64,000 nt of DNA from Candidatus Binatia bacterium. Lineage in GTDB: Bacteria > Desulfobacterota > Binatia > HRBIN30. Shown in pieces: positions 53,310-62,503 of the stretch. How positions within the stretch are numbered: position 1 is the stretch's first letter; every line of letters begins with the position of its first letter. The position numbers were made by a program, and so were the translations under genes. The notes below the pieces were generated by a model. It was not told the origin of the DNA. It ran no database searches and was given only the letters and a program-made list of their open reading frames with translations. The stretch is taken from NCBI GenBank assembly GCA_038245295.1, contig JBBRSP010000002.1:32001-96000 (forward strand), read 5' to 3'.

Positions 53310-53591
53310 TCAGGCGGTGACCTTGACGCCTTTCCAGAACGCGACGCGACCGCTTATCTCTTTGGCGGCTTCGGATGGCGTCGGGTAGTACCACGCCGCA
53401 TCGTGGTTGACGTTGTCGCCGACAACGACGTCGTAGTAACTCGCCGCACCCTTCCAGGCGCACGTTGTGTGGGTGCTGCTCGGGCGCAGATGCGCTGGGC
53501 CGACCGCGGCGAGTGGGAAGTAATGATTGCCTTCGACCACAACGGTGTCGTCACTCTGCGCAATGACCGTATCGTTCCAAATTGCTTTCAT
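53310..53591 (-). CDS. DUF427 domain protein
   Basis: MKAIWNDTVIAQSDDTVVVEGNHYFP...CAWKGAASYY...AAWYYP...AFWKGV. Confidence 0.93.
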   Translation of the reverse strand: MKAIWNDTVIAQSDDTVVVEGNHYFPLAAVGPAHLRPSSTHTTCAWKGAASYYDVVVGDNVNHDAAWYYPTPSEAAKEISGRVAFWKGVKVTA

Positions 53592-53604
53592 GCACCCTCC
53601 CTTG

Positions 53605-54564
53605 TCAGGCGTCGAGCCAATGGATGCTGACACGTTCGTCGGGGTCGAACCAGACGGCGCCCGGGCCGAGGCCAGCTTGGACCGCCAGGCGTCGGAAAGC
53701 GGCAACATCGTGTTTGTAACAGTGTTCGGTGACGATGTGTTCGCCGGCCTTGAACGGAAAACTTTGCCCACCAACTCGGATGAGCGTCGCGCGCGTTGCC
53801 ACCAGTCGCATCTCGACACGTGAGTGTTCGGGTTGCCATGGAGCGGCGTGTCGAAAGGCGTCGCTCTCCAATTCGGCACCGAGCTCACTCTGTAGACGTG
53901 TCATCAGATTGAGATTGAACGCCGCAGTTACACCGTGGCGATCATCGTAGGCGCGTTCCAGAACGGCGCGCTCTTTGGGGAGATCGACACCGACAAGCAC
54001 GACGCCGCCGCGGCCAGCGAGGATCCGCGCCCGATCCAAAAACGCCACCGCCGCGCGCGGCTCGAAATTGCCGATGCTGGAGCCTGGGAAAAAGACGACG
54101 CGTCGTGTTCCCTCGATGGCGCGTAGCCCATCAATACGACCCGAGTAATCGGCAACCATCGGCTCGATCGCCAGATCCGGATACAGATGCTGCAGTCGTT
54201 CGGCGGTCGCAAACAAGTACTCACCCGAGATATCGATCGGCACGTAGCGCGCCGGCGTTAACAGGGCATCGAGAAGGATCCGCGTTTTGATGCTGCTGCC
54301 ACTGCCGAGCTCCACCAGGTCGACCGCGCGTCCGAGCGCCGCCGCGATGGCCGCGGCGTGCATGGTGAGCAATTCCGTCTCGGCGCCGGTGAGATAGTAG
54401 TCGGGCTCTTCGGCTATGCGGTCGAACAGCTCCGAGCCGTGGCGATCGTAGAAGTACTTGCAAGGCAGTATGCGCGGGTGCGCCGTCAGCCCTTCGAGAA
54501 CATCGCGCAGGAACTGACCGTGAAGAGTTGCCTCTGGACGCTTGGCCCCAATCAAAGCGATCAT
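53605..54564 (-). CDS. egtD: L-histidine N-alpha-trimethyltransferase
   Basis: KYFYDRHGSELF, YYLT, VELGSGSSIKT, FPGSSIGNF, AYDD..GVTAAFN, RVEMRL, IVTEHCYK. Confidence 0.93.
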   Translation of the reverse strand: MIALIGAKRPEATLHGQFLRDVLEGLTAHPRILPCKYFYDRHGSELFDRIAEEPDYYLTGAETELLTMHAAAIAAALGRAVDLVELGSGSSIKTRILLDALLTPARYVPIDISGEYLFATAERLQHLYPDLAIEPMVADYSGRIDGLRAIEGTRRVVFFPGSSIGNFEPRAAVAFLDRARILAGRGGVVLVGVDLPKERAVLERAYDDRHGVTAAFNLNLMTRLQSELGAELESDAFRHAAPWQPEHSRVEMRLVATRATLIRVGGQSFPFKAGEHIVTEHCYKHDVAAFRRLAVQAGLGPGAVWFDPDERVSIHWLDA

Positions 54565-54565
54565 C

Positions 54566-55864
54566 TCAACTCCATCGCGCCAGACGCAGCCCGCTCATTT
54601 GCCAACGGGCCGGTGGCGGAAAGAAGTTCCGATAGGTGGGTCGCATATGCTCTTGCGGCGTCAAACACGATCCGCCTCGCAGAACCATCTGGTTGCACAT
54701 GAACTTCCCATTGTACTCCGCAAACGCGCCATCAAAAGGCCGGTACCGCGCGTACGGCGCATACGAACTGCCAGTCCACTCCCACACGTCGCCGAAGAAC
54801 TGCGACGACCCGCCGGTCGGACGCGGATGCAACGCGCCCGATTCGAGGAAGTTGCCGGCCAGCGGGTGACGCGCAGCAACCACTTCCCATTCCGCTTCGC
54901 TCGGCAACCGGGCGCCGGCCCAGCGTGCATAAGCATCCGCCTCGTAGAAGCTGACGTGTGAAACCGGCGCATCGAGATCGACTGGTACCAGACCATCGCG
55001 CAACGAGTATTCACACCAGATGTCACCGCGGCGGCGCCAGTAGAGGGGCGCCGTCCATTGCTCCACCTGAACCGTGGCCCAGCCGTCACTGAGCCAGAGG
55101 CTCGGCGTTGCGTAACCGTTGTCCGCAATGAATTCAGCGTACTCGCGTCCGCTGACGGGACGCGTGGCCATCTCAAAAGGCTCGAGCCAGACGCGTTGGC
55201 GTGGCGATTCGTTGTCGAAGGCGAAGCCAGCCTGCTGATCCCAACCGATCTCGACCAAGCCACCTTGCTCGCGATGCCAGGTCGTCGCGGCGGGCGCCGA
55301 TGACACCACGGACCGTCGTTGTTGCGGACCATCCGACGTCGGGGCAGCGGCGTAAAGAACCGGCTTGATGTCGGTGAGGATCAACTCCTGATGCTGTTCC
55401 TCATGATGCGTCCCCAGCTCCAAGGCCGGAGCCGCAGCCCGCCACACGTCGTCTGGGGCGCGCTCCAAGAATTTCTTCATCGCCGCGTCGATGCGCGCGC
55501 GGTACGCCACTACTTCTGGCAGTGTCGGCCGCACGATCAACGAGCGGGCCTGGCGCGGTTGTCGCGGACCGATGGCCTCGTAGTATGAATTGAAAACGAA
55601 CTCGAAGTGCGGGTCGACGCCATCATGGAAACGATCGTGGGCCGCCAAGACAAATCTGTCGAAGAACCACGTCGTGTGGGCAAGATGCCACTTGGTAGGG
55701 CTGGCATCCGGGAACGCCTGCGCCAATTGCTCGTCAGGCGAGAAGCGGCTGGCGAGCCGGCACGTCTGGGCGCGAACGCGCTCGTAGCGCTGCATCAGGA
55801 TGTCGCGTTCGCAAACCACCGCGGCAGCATTGGCGCGACGCAGGGCCATTTGCGCTTCCGACAT
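54566..55864 (-). CDS. egtB: Ergothioneine sulfoxide synthase
   Basis: SPTKWHLAHTTWFF, FNSYY, HHEEQHQEL (Fe ligands); FGE-like domain FDNESP, RLPSEAEWE, EYNGKFM, LRGGSC, YRNFF. Confidence 0.93.
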   Translation of the reverse strand: MSEAQMALRRANAAAVVCERDILMQRYERVRAQTCRLASRFSPDEQLAQAFPDASPTKWHLAHTTWFFDRFVLAAHDRFHDGVDPHFEFVFNSYYEAIGPRQPRQARSLIVRPTLPEVVAYRARIDAAMKKFLERAPDDVWRAAAPALELGTHHEEQHQELILTDIKPVLYAAAPTSDGPQQRRSVVSSAPAATTWHREQGGLVEIGWDQQAGFAFDNESPRQRVWLEPFEMATRPVSGREYAEFIADNGYATPSLWLSDGWATVQVEQWTAPLYWRRRGDIWCEYSLRDGLVPVDLDAPVSHVSFYEADAYARWAGARLPSEAEWEVVAARHPLAGNFLESGALHPRPTGGSSQFFGDVWEWTGSSYAPYARYRPFDGAFAEYNGKFMCNQMVLRGGSCLTPQEHMRPTYRNFFPPPARWQMSGLRLARWS

Positions 55865-56023
55865 CCCTGCCCCCTACACGCACTTCACCCTCGGGGGCAA
55901 CCCGGGAAATTTCGGCCACGCGCATGCAACCCGTGCCGTGCCGCGGGCCCGTGCCCCGTGGCTGACCACGGAGCAGTTGCTTGTTTCAACTCGGGCACCC
56001 TCCTAAGAGAGCAGGCAGCCACT

Positions 56024-57415
56024 ATGCCGACGCTGATGATTCTCGAAGACGAGCCCGTCCTGGGGCGCAATCTAGCCAAGCTCTTCACACGCGATGGCTT
56101 CGAAGTGCACCTGGCGCCGACGCTGGCCGAGGCCCGAAAGATTTTCGCCGCTACGCCGCCGGACGTCGCGCTGATGGACCTGCAACTGCCGGATGGCAGT
56201 GGTCTCGACCTGCTGGAATCGTTGATCAACAGTGATCCCGATCTCGCGGTGATCATGATGACCGCCTACGGATCGGTCAGCGATGCCGTGCGGGCGATGC
56301 AGCACGGGGCGCGTGATTACGTCCAAAAACCCTTCGAGCTCGACGAGATTCGCCTCAAGGTCGGCAACGCCCTGCGCCAGGCGCGGCAGCATCGCGAAAT
56401 TTCGTACTACCGCGAGCGCCGCATATCGGTCGGCGCCATCCTCGGCGAATCGGCGGTCGCCGAGCACATGCGCAAGATGATCGAGCGTATCGCTCGTGTC
56501 ACCACCGGCGTCGGCGGCCCGGCACCGACTGTCCTGCTGTTGGGCGAGACCGGCAGCGGCAAGGGCCATGTGGCGCGCTCGCTGCACGCCGCCGGCGGCC
56601 GCAAGGATGGACCGCTGATCGAGGTGAACTGCACGGCGTTGCCGGAGAATCTCGTCGAAGCCGAACTCTTCGGTTACGAGAAGGGTGCCTTCACGGATGC
56701 CAAGACGGCGCGCGCCGGGCTGTTTGAGACCGCCGAGGGCGGAACACTGTTCCTCGATGAGATCGGCCACATCTCGATGCCGCTGCAGGCCAAGTTCCTC
56801 AAAGCGATCGAAGATAAAGCCATTCGCCGAATCGGCGCCACGGCAACGCGACGCATCGACGTACAAATCGTCGCCGCCACGAACCGTGACCTCGAAGCGG
56901 CGGTGCGTCTCGGCGAGTTTCGCGAAGACCTTTATCAACGCCTCTCCGTCGCCGTGATTCGCATCCCACCCGTGCGCGAGCGCGACGGCGACGCGGCGCG
57001 ACTGGCGGCAGCGTTTCTGGAAGAGACGTGCCGGCGCTATTCGATGCCACCGCGGCAACTGAGCCCCGAAGCGCTGGCGACGATCAACCGTTATCCTTGG
57101 CCGGGCAACGTTCGCGAGATCGCCAATGCGATGGAACGCGTCGTACTGTTCTCCGACAGCGATCCCGTGCAGGTGGCAGACCTGGGTCTACCGGCGACTA
57201 CGATTCCTCCGGCGGGTGGGCATATCTCGGCCACCGCCAGCGGCGAGTTGGTCATCGATTTCCCCGACTCTGGCATTTCGTTGGAAGCCGTCGAACGCAC
57301 ACTGATTGTCCTGGCTCTCGAGAAGGCCGCGTCGAACCAAAGCGCCGCCGCCCGCCTGCTCGGAGTCTCGCGCGACACGTTGCGCTATAGGATGGACAAA
57401 TTCGGGTTGGAGTGA
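56024..57415 (+). CDS. Sigma54-dependent NtrC-family response regulator
   Basis: Receiver (EDE, DLQLPDGSG, KPF); GETGSGK; ELFGYEKGAFTDA; LFLDEIG; WPGNVRE; Fis-type HTH. Confidence 0.96.
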   Translation: MPTLMILEDEPVLGRNLAKLFTRDGFEVHLAPTLAEARKIFAATPPDVALMDLQLPDGSGLDLLESLINSDPDLAVIMMTAYGSVSDAVRAMQHGARDYVQKPFELDEIRLKVGNALRQARQHREISYYRERRISVGAILGESAVAEHMRKMIERIARVTTGVGGPAPTVLLLGETGSGKGHVARSLHAAGGRKDGPLIEVNCTALPENLVEAELFGYEKGAFTDAKTARAGLFETAEGGTLFLDEIGHISMPLQAKFLKAIEDKAIRRIGATATRRIDVQIVAATNRDLEAAVRLGEFREDLYQRLSVAVIRIPPVRERDGDAARLAAAFLEETCRRYSMPPRQLSPEALATINRYPWPGNVREIANAMERVVLFSDSDPVQVADLGLPATTIPPAGGHISATASGELVIDFPDSGISLEAVERTLIVLALEKAASNQSAAARLLGVSRDTLRYRMDKFGLE

Positions 57416-57455
57416 GGGGTGGCGGGTCCGGATTTGCGAGGGTGCCGCTGATGCC

Positions 57456-57532
57456 GGGCAAGGGCAAGGGCAAGACTCACCAGACTCAGAGGATTTCGAA
57501 CTTCAAAACTTGCCCTTGCCGTTGCCTTTGCC
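57456..57532. repeat. Inverted array of GGGCAA hexamers
   Basis: GGGCAAGGGCAAGGGGCAAG ... CTTGCCCTTGCCGTTGCCTTTGCCC; shares GGCAAGGGCAAGTTTTG with ~49610-49661. Confidence 0.65.
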
Positions 57533-57559
57533 CTCGAGTTACCAGGCCGGGCTCCCAAC

Positions 57560-59038
57560 CTACCGGCGTCGCGACAACAACCCGACGACGCTCATCGCAC
57601 TGCAGCCCAGCGCGAAGACGTCGCCAAACGAGCGGTAGAACGACCATGCCGGATCGATCGGCATCATCACTTGCTCCGCCACGGCCGCACGCGCTGGGAG
57701 ACGCAGCAGCTCTTGACCGCTGGGGTCGATGACGCCGCTGATGCCGCTGTTGGTGGCGCGTACCAGACTTACACGATTCTCGATCGCCCGCAGACGGGCG
57801 AAGGCATAGTGCTGCTGCGGGCCGGCGCCGGCCTCGAACCACGAATCGTTGGACAGGTTGACCAAGAACGTCGCGCCGCGCGTCGTCAGATCTCGCGCCA
57901 GTTCCGGATACAGCGCTTCGTAGCAAATCAGCGCCCCGAACGGGTGGCCGCCGGCGTTCAAAATGGCTGGTTGTCCGCCGGCGCTGTAAGGGCCATCGGC
58001 GCGTAAGGGCATGTACTCGACAAACGGCAGCAGGCGACGTTTGTCATAGAACGTCAGCGCTCCGGCGGAATCGAGAACGAAGGCGGAGTTATGCAGCAGT
58101 CCGCTGCCGGCGCCGCTATCGGCGGCGCGTGGCGCTCCGAAAACCAAGGTGGCTCCGGAGGAACGCAGTTGCTCCATCACCGGCGCCAACAGGTCCGGGT
58201 TATCCTGCGGGAAGAAACCGACGGCGTTCTCCGGCCAGACAATCAGGTTGGCGGGCGGGGTCGCACCGTGCCGCGTCAGGTCGATGTATTGCCGCAGGTG
58301 CGCCGCGAAGTTCTCCGGACGACCGCGTTCGCCATTGGCGAGATTGGCCTGCACGATCTCGACCGCGAGCGAGTCAGGGGCAGGGCGGCTGAACTGCCAC
58401 AAGCGAACTTCGCCATAGGCCAGCACGCCGCTCACCAACACGAGAGCCATCAATGCCGGGCGTCGGGTGCGCGGCAAATCCGCTAGTGCCGCGCTGCTGA
58501 ACGACAGGAGGAACGTCAGGCCGTAAACGCCGGTGAGATCGACGAGCTGCAACAGCGGCAACGCCGTTGGTGATTGCCCAAGCAGAGCCCACGGGTTGCC
58601 GCCGAAACTGTGAGCCCGCACATGTTCTGTGGTGACGAACCACAACGCCAGCCAGAGTGCGCGCCGCCGACGCGGCAGAAACACTGCTCCCAGCCCGAAG
58701 AGAGCGAAGTGCAGCGAGACGAAGATCTGGTTGACGCCGACGGTGAAGGCAATGGCCCCCGGCATGCCGACGCCGAAGTAGTCGTATGCCGCGTGGAACA
58801 TCCAATGCCCTGTCACGCCGAGCGAGCCGACAGTGCCGGCCAACCAGCCCAGCCCAAAAGCCGTTAGCGGCGGGGCTCCGTCGAGAGCCAGGAATAGCGG
58901 CGTCAGTGCGACCCAGCCGAGAACCGCGGCGTCAAACGGCGGGTACAAGAGCGTCAGGAGAACGCCGCTCAGCAGGGTGAGCGCGCCGCGCCGTAGGAGC
59001 GATTGGGGGAGGGGAGTCTCCGGAATGGGCCGCGGCAT
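57560..59038 (-). CDS. lnt: Apolipoprotein N-acyltransferase (Lnt) or paralog
   Basis: N-terminal TMs, GNPWALLG; nitrilase triad WPE, YDKRRLLPFVEY, LICYE; NLSNDSWF; RAIENR; RATNSGIS. Confidence 0.9.
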   Translation of the reverse strand: MPRPIPETPLPQSLLRRGALTLLSGVLLTLLYPPFDAAVLGWVALTPLFLALDGAPPLTAFGLGWLAGTVGSLGVTGHWMFHAAYDYFGVGMPGAIAFTVGVNQIFVSLHFALFGLGAVFLPRRRRALWLALWFVTTEHVRAHSFGGNPWALLGQSPTALPLLQLVDLTGVYGLTFLLSFSSAALADLPRTRRPALMALVLVSGVLAYGEVRLWQFSRPAPDSLAVEIVQANLANGERGRPENFAAHLRQYIDLTRHGATPPANLIVWPENAVGFFPQDNPDLLAPVMEQLRSSGATLVFGAPRAADSGAGSGLLHNSAFVLDSAGALTFYDKRRLLPFVEYMPLRADGPYSAGGQPAILNAGGHPFGALICYEALYPELARDLTTRGATFLVNLSNDSWFEAGAGPQQHYAFARLRAIENRVSLVRATNSGISGVIDPSGQELLRLPARAAVAEQVMMPIDPAWSFYRSFGDVFALGCSAMSVVGLLSRRR

Positions 59039-59092
59039 GACGTAACGTCTGTGCTATGGCGGCGCGGAACACAATCGCCGCGACGGAGAAGA

Positions 59093-61597
59093 ATGGAGCG
59101 CATCGCAAATCGAGCCTGGCCGAAGGTTAGTTGGATGACCTGGGCCTTGGCCGCCTTCGCCACCGTGGTGACGCTGACCTGTACCGTGAATTCGCTGGCC
59201 TGGGTGCACCGTCCGTTCCCCGGCTTCTTCCTGTGGGAGAACCTCTTCGTACCATCGGTCGGCGACACCGATTGGACCGGGTACACCGCGGAAATTCCGT
59301 TCCCGGCGCAACTCCTGTCGGTCAACGGCATACCCGTGCACAGCGCCGCCGAAGTCTACACAACGGCCGCCGAGGCGCCACTGGGTAAAGACTTCCTCTA
59401 CGCGTTCAGGCAACCCGGCGAAGCAGCGCCGGTCGAACGCCACGTGGCGACCATGCGTTTCGAACGCCACGACTATGCGTTGACTCTCGGCACCTACATC
59501 AGCATCGGTGTGTTGCTCACGCTCCTCGGATTCCTCGTCTACATCCTGCGCCCCGACTCGGCGGCGGCGCGCGGGATGCTCAGCTCCGCCGCGACATGGG
59601 GACTCTACTTCGTCACCGCAGCCGACATTTTCGGACCCGCCTGGTTTCGGCCGCTGTGCCTGATCCTACAGGCATTGAGTCCTGTCACCATGCTGCATCT
59701 GGCGCTGACCTTCCCGGTCGAACGTCCCTTCTTGCAACGCCGACCTTACCTTCTACGCGGCTTGTATGGCGGTGCGGCGCTCATCGGCATCTTCGACAAC
59801 TTCCTCTTCGAGCGCTCGTTCGAGGGCACGCTGCGCATCAACCAATTGCACGGCCTCGCCTCAACGGTGGGCGGCCTCGTGCTCATCTCCATGCTGGTGC
59901 AGAGTTTCGTGTGGCCGGCATCACCGGGAGTTCGGCAGCGCATGAAGATCGCCGCCCTCGGCGCGGTCGCTGCCTTTCTTCTGCCGATTGCCGGGATCTC
60001 GTTGTTCTCGCTACTCGGGGTGACGTTTCCGCTCAACTTTCTGGCCTTGCCCCTCGCAGCCTTCCCGTTGGCGATCGGTTACGCCATTGTCAAACACGAT
60101 CTGTTCGAAGTCGACGCGTTCATTCGGCGCAGCGTCTCGTGGGCCATCCTCTCCGGGATTGTCGCCGTGATCTATCTGGGCGGCGTCGGCACACTCGAGC
60201 TGATTTTCACCGGGCGCGGCTCGCGCGTCGCACAGTTGATGTTCCTGCTGCTGATCGTTGCCGTCTTCAACCCGCTACGAAATCGCGTGCAGGCCGTCGT
60301 CGATTTCCTCTTCGCGCGCGATCGCTACGACTATCAAGCGACCGTCGACGCGGCGAGTCAGGCATTGGCGTCGCTGCTCGACGTCGACACCATTGTGCAT
60401 CGCATCCTGCATGCGATTACCGACACCATGCACATTGATTTAGGCGCCGTTTGGCTGCGTGAGGACGGCGGCTACCACCTGCAAGACCGCGCCGGCAGCC
60501 GTGTCGCTGCGGCGATTCCGTCAAACATCGCGGCGGCAAATCCGATGGTCGCCTATCTCCAGGATCGGCGGCGGCGCCTGCTGACGCCCGATCCGATCGA
60601 CGCACAAAGTCGCGACGCCAGCTCGGAGCTCGGGGCGCTTGGCCTTTCGCTGGTTGTGCCGATGCGTTTTGAAAATGAGATCATCGGGTTTGTCGGCCTC
60701 GGCGAAAAGGAGTCGGGGCACTTCTACTCCCGCGAAGATGTCGGGCTGCTGCGCACCCTGGCGAATCAAGGCGCGGTGGCCGTCGAGAACGCGCGTTCGT
60801 ACCGTGCTCTGGAGCGCGCTGGAGAAGAATTGCGCGCCGCCCAATCGCGGCTGATCGAGGCGGAGCGACTTGCCGCTATCGGCGAGCTTTCCGCCGCCGT
60901 GGCACACGGCATCCGCAACCCGCTCGCCGGCATCAAGACGGCGGCGCAAATGGCGCGCCTCGATTTGGACGAAGATAGTCCCATGCGCGAAAGTATCGAC
61001 GATATCATCGGCGAGGCGGACAAACTGGAACAGCGGATTCAGACGCTGCTGGATTTCTCCAAGCCGTTCGAGCCCCGCGTCGCCGGCTGCCGCGTCGAGG
61101 CAATCGTCGGCAGCGCCGTCGACTCGCTACAAGCCCAGATCGCCAGACAGGGCATCGAACTACGTGTCGACATCGCCAAAGATCTGCCGAGTGTCATGCT
61201 CGACCTGGCACAGATCGAACAGGTGCTGCTGGCACTGATGTCGAACGCCGCCGAGGCCATGATCGGTGCCGGCGGCAAATGGCCCGAGGGCCACACGACA
61301 AGATCGTCACCGGGCGAAGTGCCGTGGATCAGCGTCACCGCCAAGCTGTCGGCAAGGCCCAATTACGTGCACATCGACGTCGAAGACAACGGCCCAGGCA
61401 TTCCGCCTGAGATCCTGCCGCGCGTCTTCAAATTGTTCTTCACCACCAAATCGAGCGGCACCGGCTTCGGCTTGGCGGTGGCGAAGAAAATCGTCGAGAG
61501 GCACGGCGGCTCGATTGAGCTGAGCAGCCAAGTCGGCAAAGGCACCCACTTCGCCATCGAGCTGCCAACCAACCTGGCAGGGCCGGTGGAGCACTGA
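59093..61597 (+). CDS. Sensor histidine kinase: PDZ-like periplasmic domain, multi-TM region, GAF, HisKA, HATPase
   Basis: LLSVNGIPV (PDZ-like); about 8-9 TMs; GAF (LVVPM...GEKESGHFYSREDVGLLRTLANQ); VAHGIRNPL; NAAEA, DNGPGI, FFTTK, GTGFGL. Confidence 0.93.
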   Translation: MERIANRAWPKVSWMTWALAAFATVVTLTCTVNSLAWVHRPFPGFFLWENLFVPSVGDTDWTGYTAEIPFPAQLLSVNGIPVHSAAEVYTTAAEAPLGKDFLYAFRQPGEAAPVERHVATMRFERHDYALTLGTYISIGVLLTLLGFLVYILRPDSAAARGMLSSAATWGLYFVTAADIFGPAWFRPLCLILQALSPVTMLHLALTFPVERPFLQRRPYLLRGLYGGAALIGIFDNFLFERSFEGTLRINQLHGLASTVGGLVLISMLVQSFVWPASPGVRQRMKIAALGAVAAFLLPIAGISLFSLLGVTFPLNFLALPLAAFPLAIGYAIVKHDLFEVDAFIRRSVSWAILSGIVAVIYLGGVGTLELIFTGRGSRVAQLMFLLLIVAVFNPLRNRVQAVVDFLFARDRYDYQATVDAASQALASLLDVDTIVHRILHAITDTMHIDLGAVWLREDGGYHLQDRAGSRVAAAIPSNIAAANPMVAYLQDRRRRLLTPDPIDAQSRDASSELGALGLSLVVPMRFENEIIGFVGLGEKESGHFYSREDVGLLRTLANQGAVAVENARSYRALERAGEELRAAQSRLIEAERLAAIGELSAAVAHGIRNPLAGIKTAAQMARLDLDEDSPMRESIDDIIGEADKLEQRIQTLLDFSKPFEPRVAGCRVEAIVGSAVDSLQAQIARQGIELRVDIAKDLPSVMLDLAQIEQVLLALMSNAAEAMIGAGGKWPEGHTTRSSPGEVPWISVTAKLSARPNYVHIDVEDNGPGIPPEILPRVFKLFFTTKSSGTGFGLAVAKKIVERHGGSIELSSQVGKGTHFAIELPTNLAGPVEH

Positions 61598-61673
61598 GCC
61601 CTGGGGTTGTGGGTCGGGCGTCGGACGTTTTGCTGACTCTGTACCCTGACCCTGAGATGTCATCCCGGCGGCG

Positions 61674-61822
61674 GAGACTGTCGATGTTCTCTGATTCATC
61701 GTTTGAAACTGCGCGAACACCTCCGTCATACCGGCGAAAGCCGGTATCTCCCCGTTGGCCTTCCACTCGAGGAGATCCCGGCTTTCGCCGGGATGACGTT
61801 ATTTCAGTTTATCGACAGTCTC
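61674..61822 (-). mobile_element. MITE (149 bp), intact, reverse orientation
   Basis: Perfect 12-bp TIR GAGACTGTCGAT/ATCGACAGTCTC; sits in the loop of GTCATCCCGGC-[GGCG|GGAG]-GCCGGG; similar to 3772-4094 minus its insert. Confidence 0.88.
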
Positions 61823-62023
61823 GGAGGCCGGGCTGGTTGGCCTGACTTGGTTCCGGCCACCGGCCGGGCCGTGCCATCGCTGGTCCGCCCTGCAACACTC
61901 TGCCGGGTACAACTGCTGTTTGCATCTCTCCCCACCAAGTAAGCCCCCCACATTGTAATAGAGTCGGATGCGGCTAGGGTTTTGCTTCTCCTACGTAATA
62001 TTCCGGGAATCGAGGTACAAACC

Positions 62024-62503
62024 GTGCAAACTATTACATTGAGCAGGCCGACCAGGTGGGGCATCTCCCCCAATCTGCGGCATTTGGCTCTGTTTCTGGC
62101 GCTCATCCTGCTGTTTGGCGCTTCGCAGACCTACGCTGCGTATACCGAACCGCGTTTCGCTCTGACTCGAGTTTCCTCGTTCGCTTCTTCGACTGGCCGT
62201 CTGACCCTCAAAGTCGAAGGCAGCTTCAGCTTCGCCGATGCCCTGCAACTCGGCATGCCTCTGAGTGTCGTGGTCACCCAGGGGACGGTTAGCGGCCGTT
62301 TCGATCTGCTCGGCAATGCTTTTGTCAGTCTTTCCGGCGGACCAGAGCAAGCCGCGCCACCACCGGGAGTGGTCGCCGTGGCGCAACGCGAGATCACCGT
62401 GGTCCTACCGTCCAACTTCACAGCAGGCGCCGCGCAAATTCGCGTCCTTGCGAGTTACGATGGCAAGCAACTGGCCAGCAACCAATTGAGTGTCACCCTA
62501 TGA
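62024..62503 (+). CDS. Hypothetical exported beta-rich protein
   Basis: Hydrophobic LALFLALILLFGASQTYA signal; ATGA overlap with next gene; start uncertain. Confidence 0.65.
   Translation: MQTITLSRPTRWGISPNLRHLALFLALILLFGASQTYAAYTEPRFALTRVSSFASSTGRLTLKVEGSFSFADALQLGMPLSVVVTQGTVSGRFDLLGNAFVSLSGGPEQAAPPPGVVAVAQREITVVLPSNFTAGAAQIRVLASYDGKQLASNQLSVTL

Noticed and set aside
54566..55864. Selenoneine (SenA) or ovothiol (OvoA) synthase
   Set aside because: No senB/selD-like genes nearby and no C-terminal methyltransferase domain; adjacency to egtD favours EgtB.
55920..55960. GGCACG repeats upstream of egtB as a sigma54 promoter
   Set aside because: The GG and TTGC elements do not have the required GG-N10-GC spacing.
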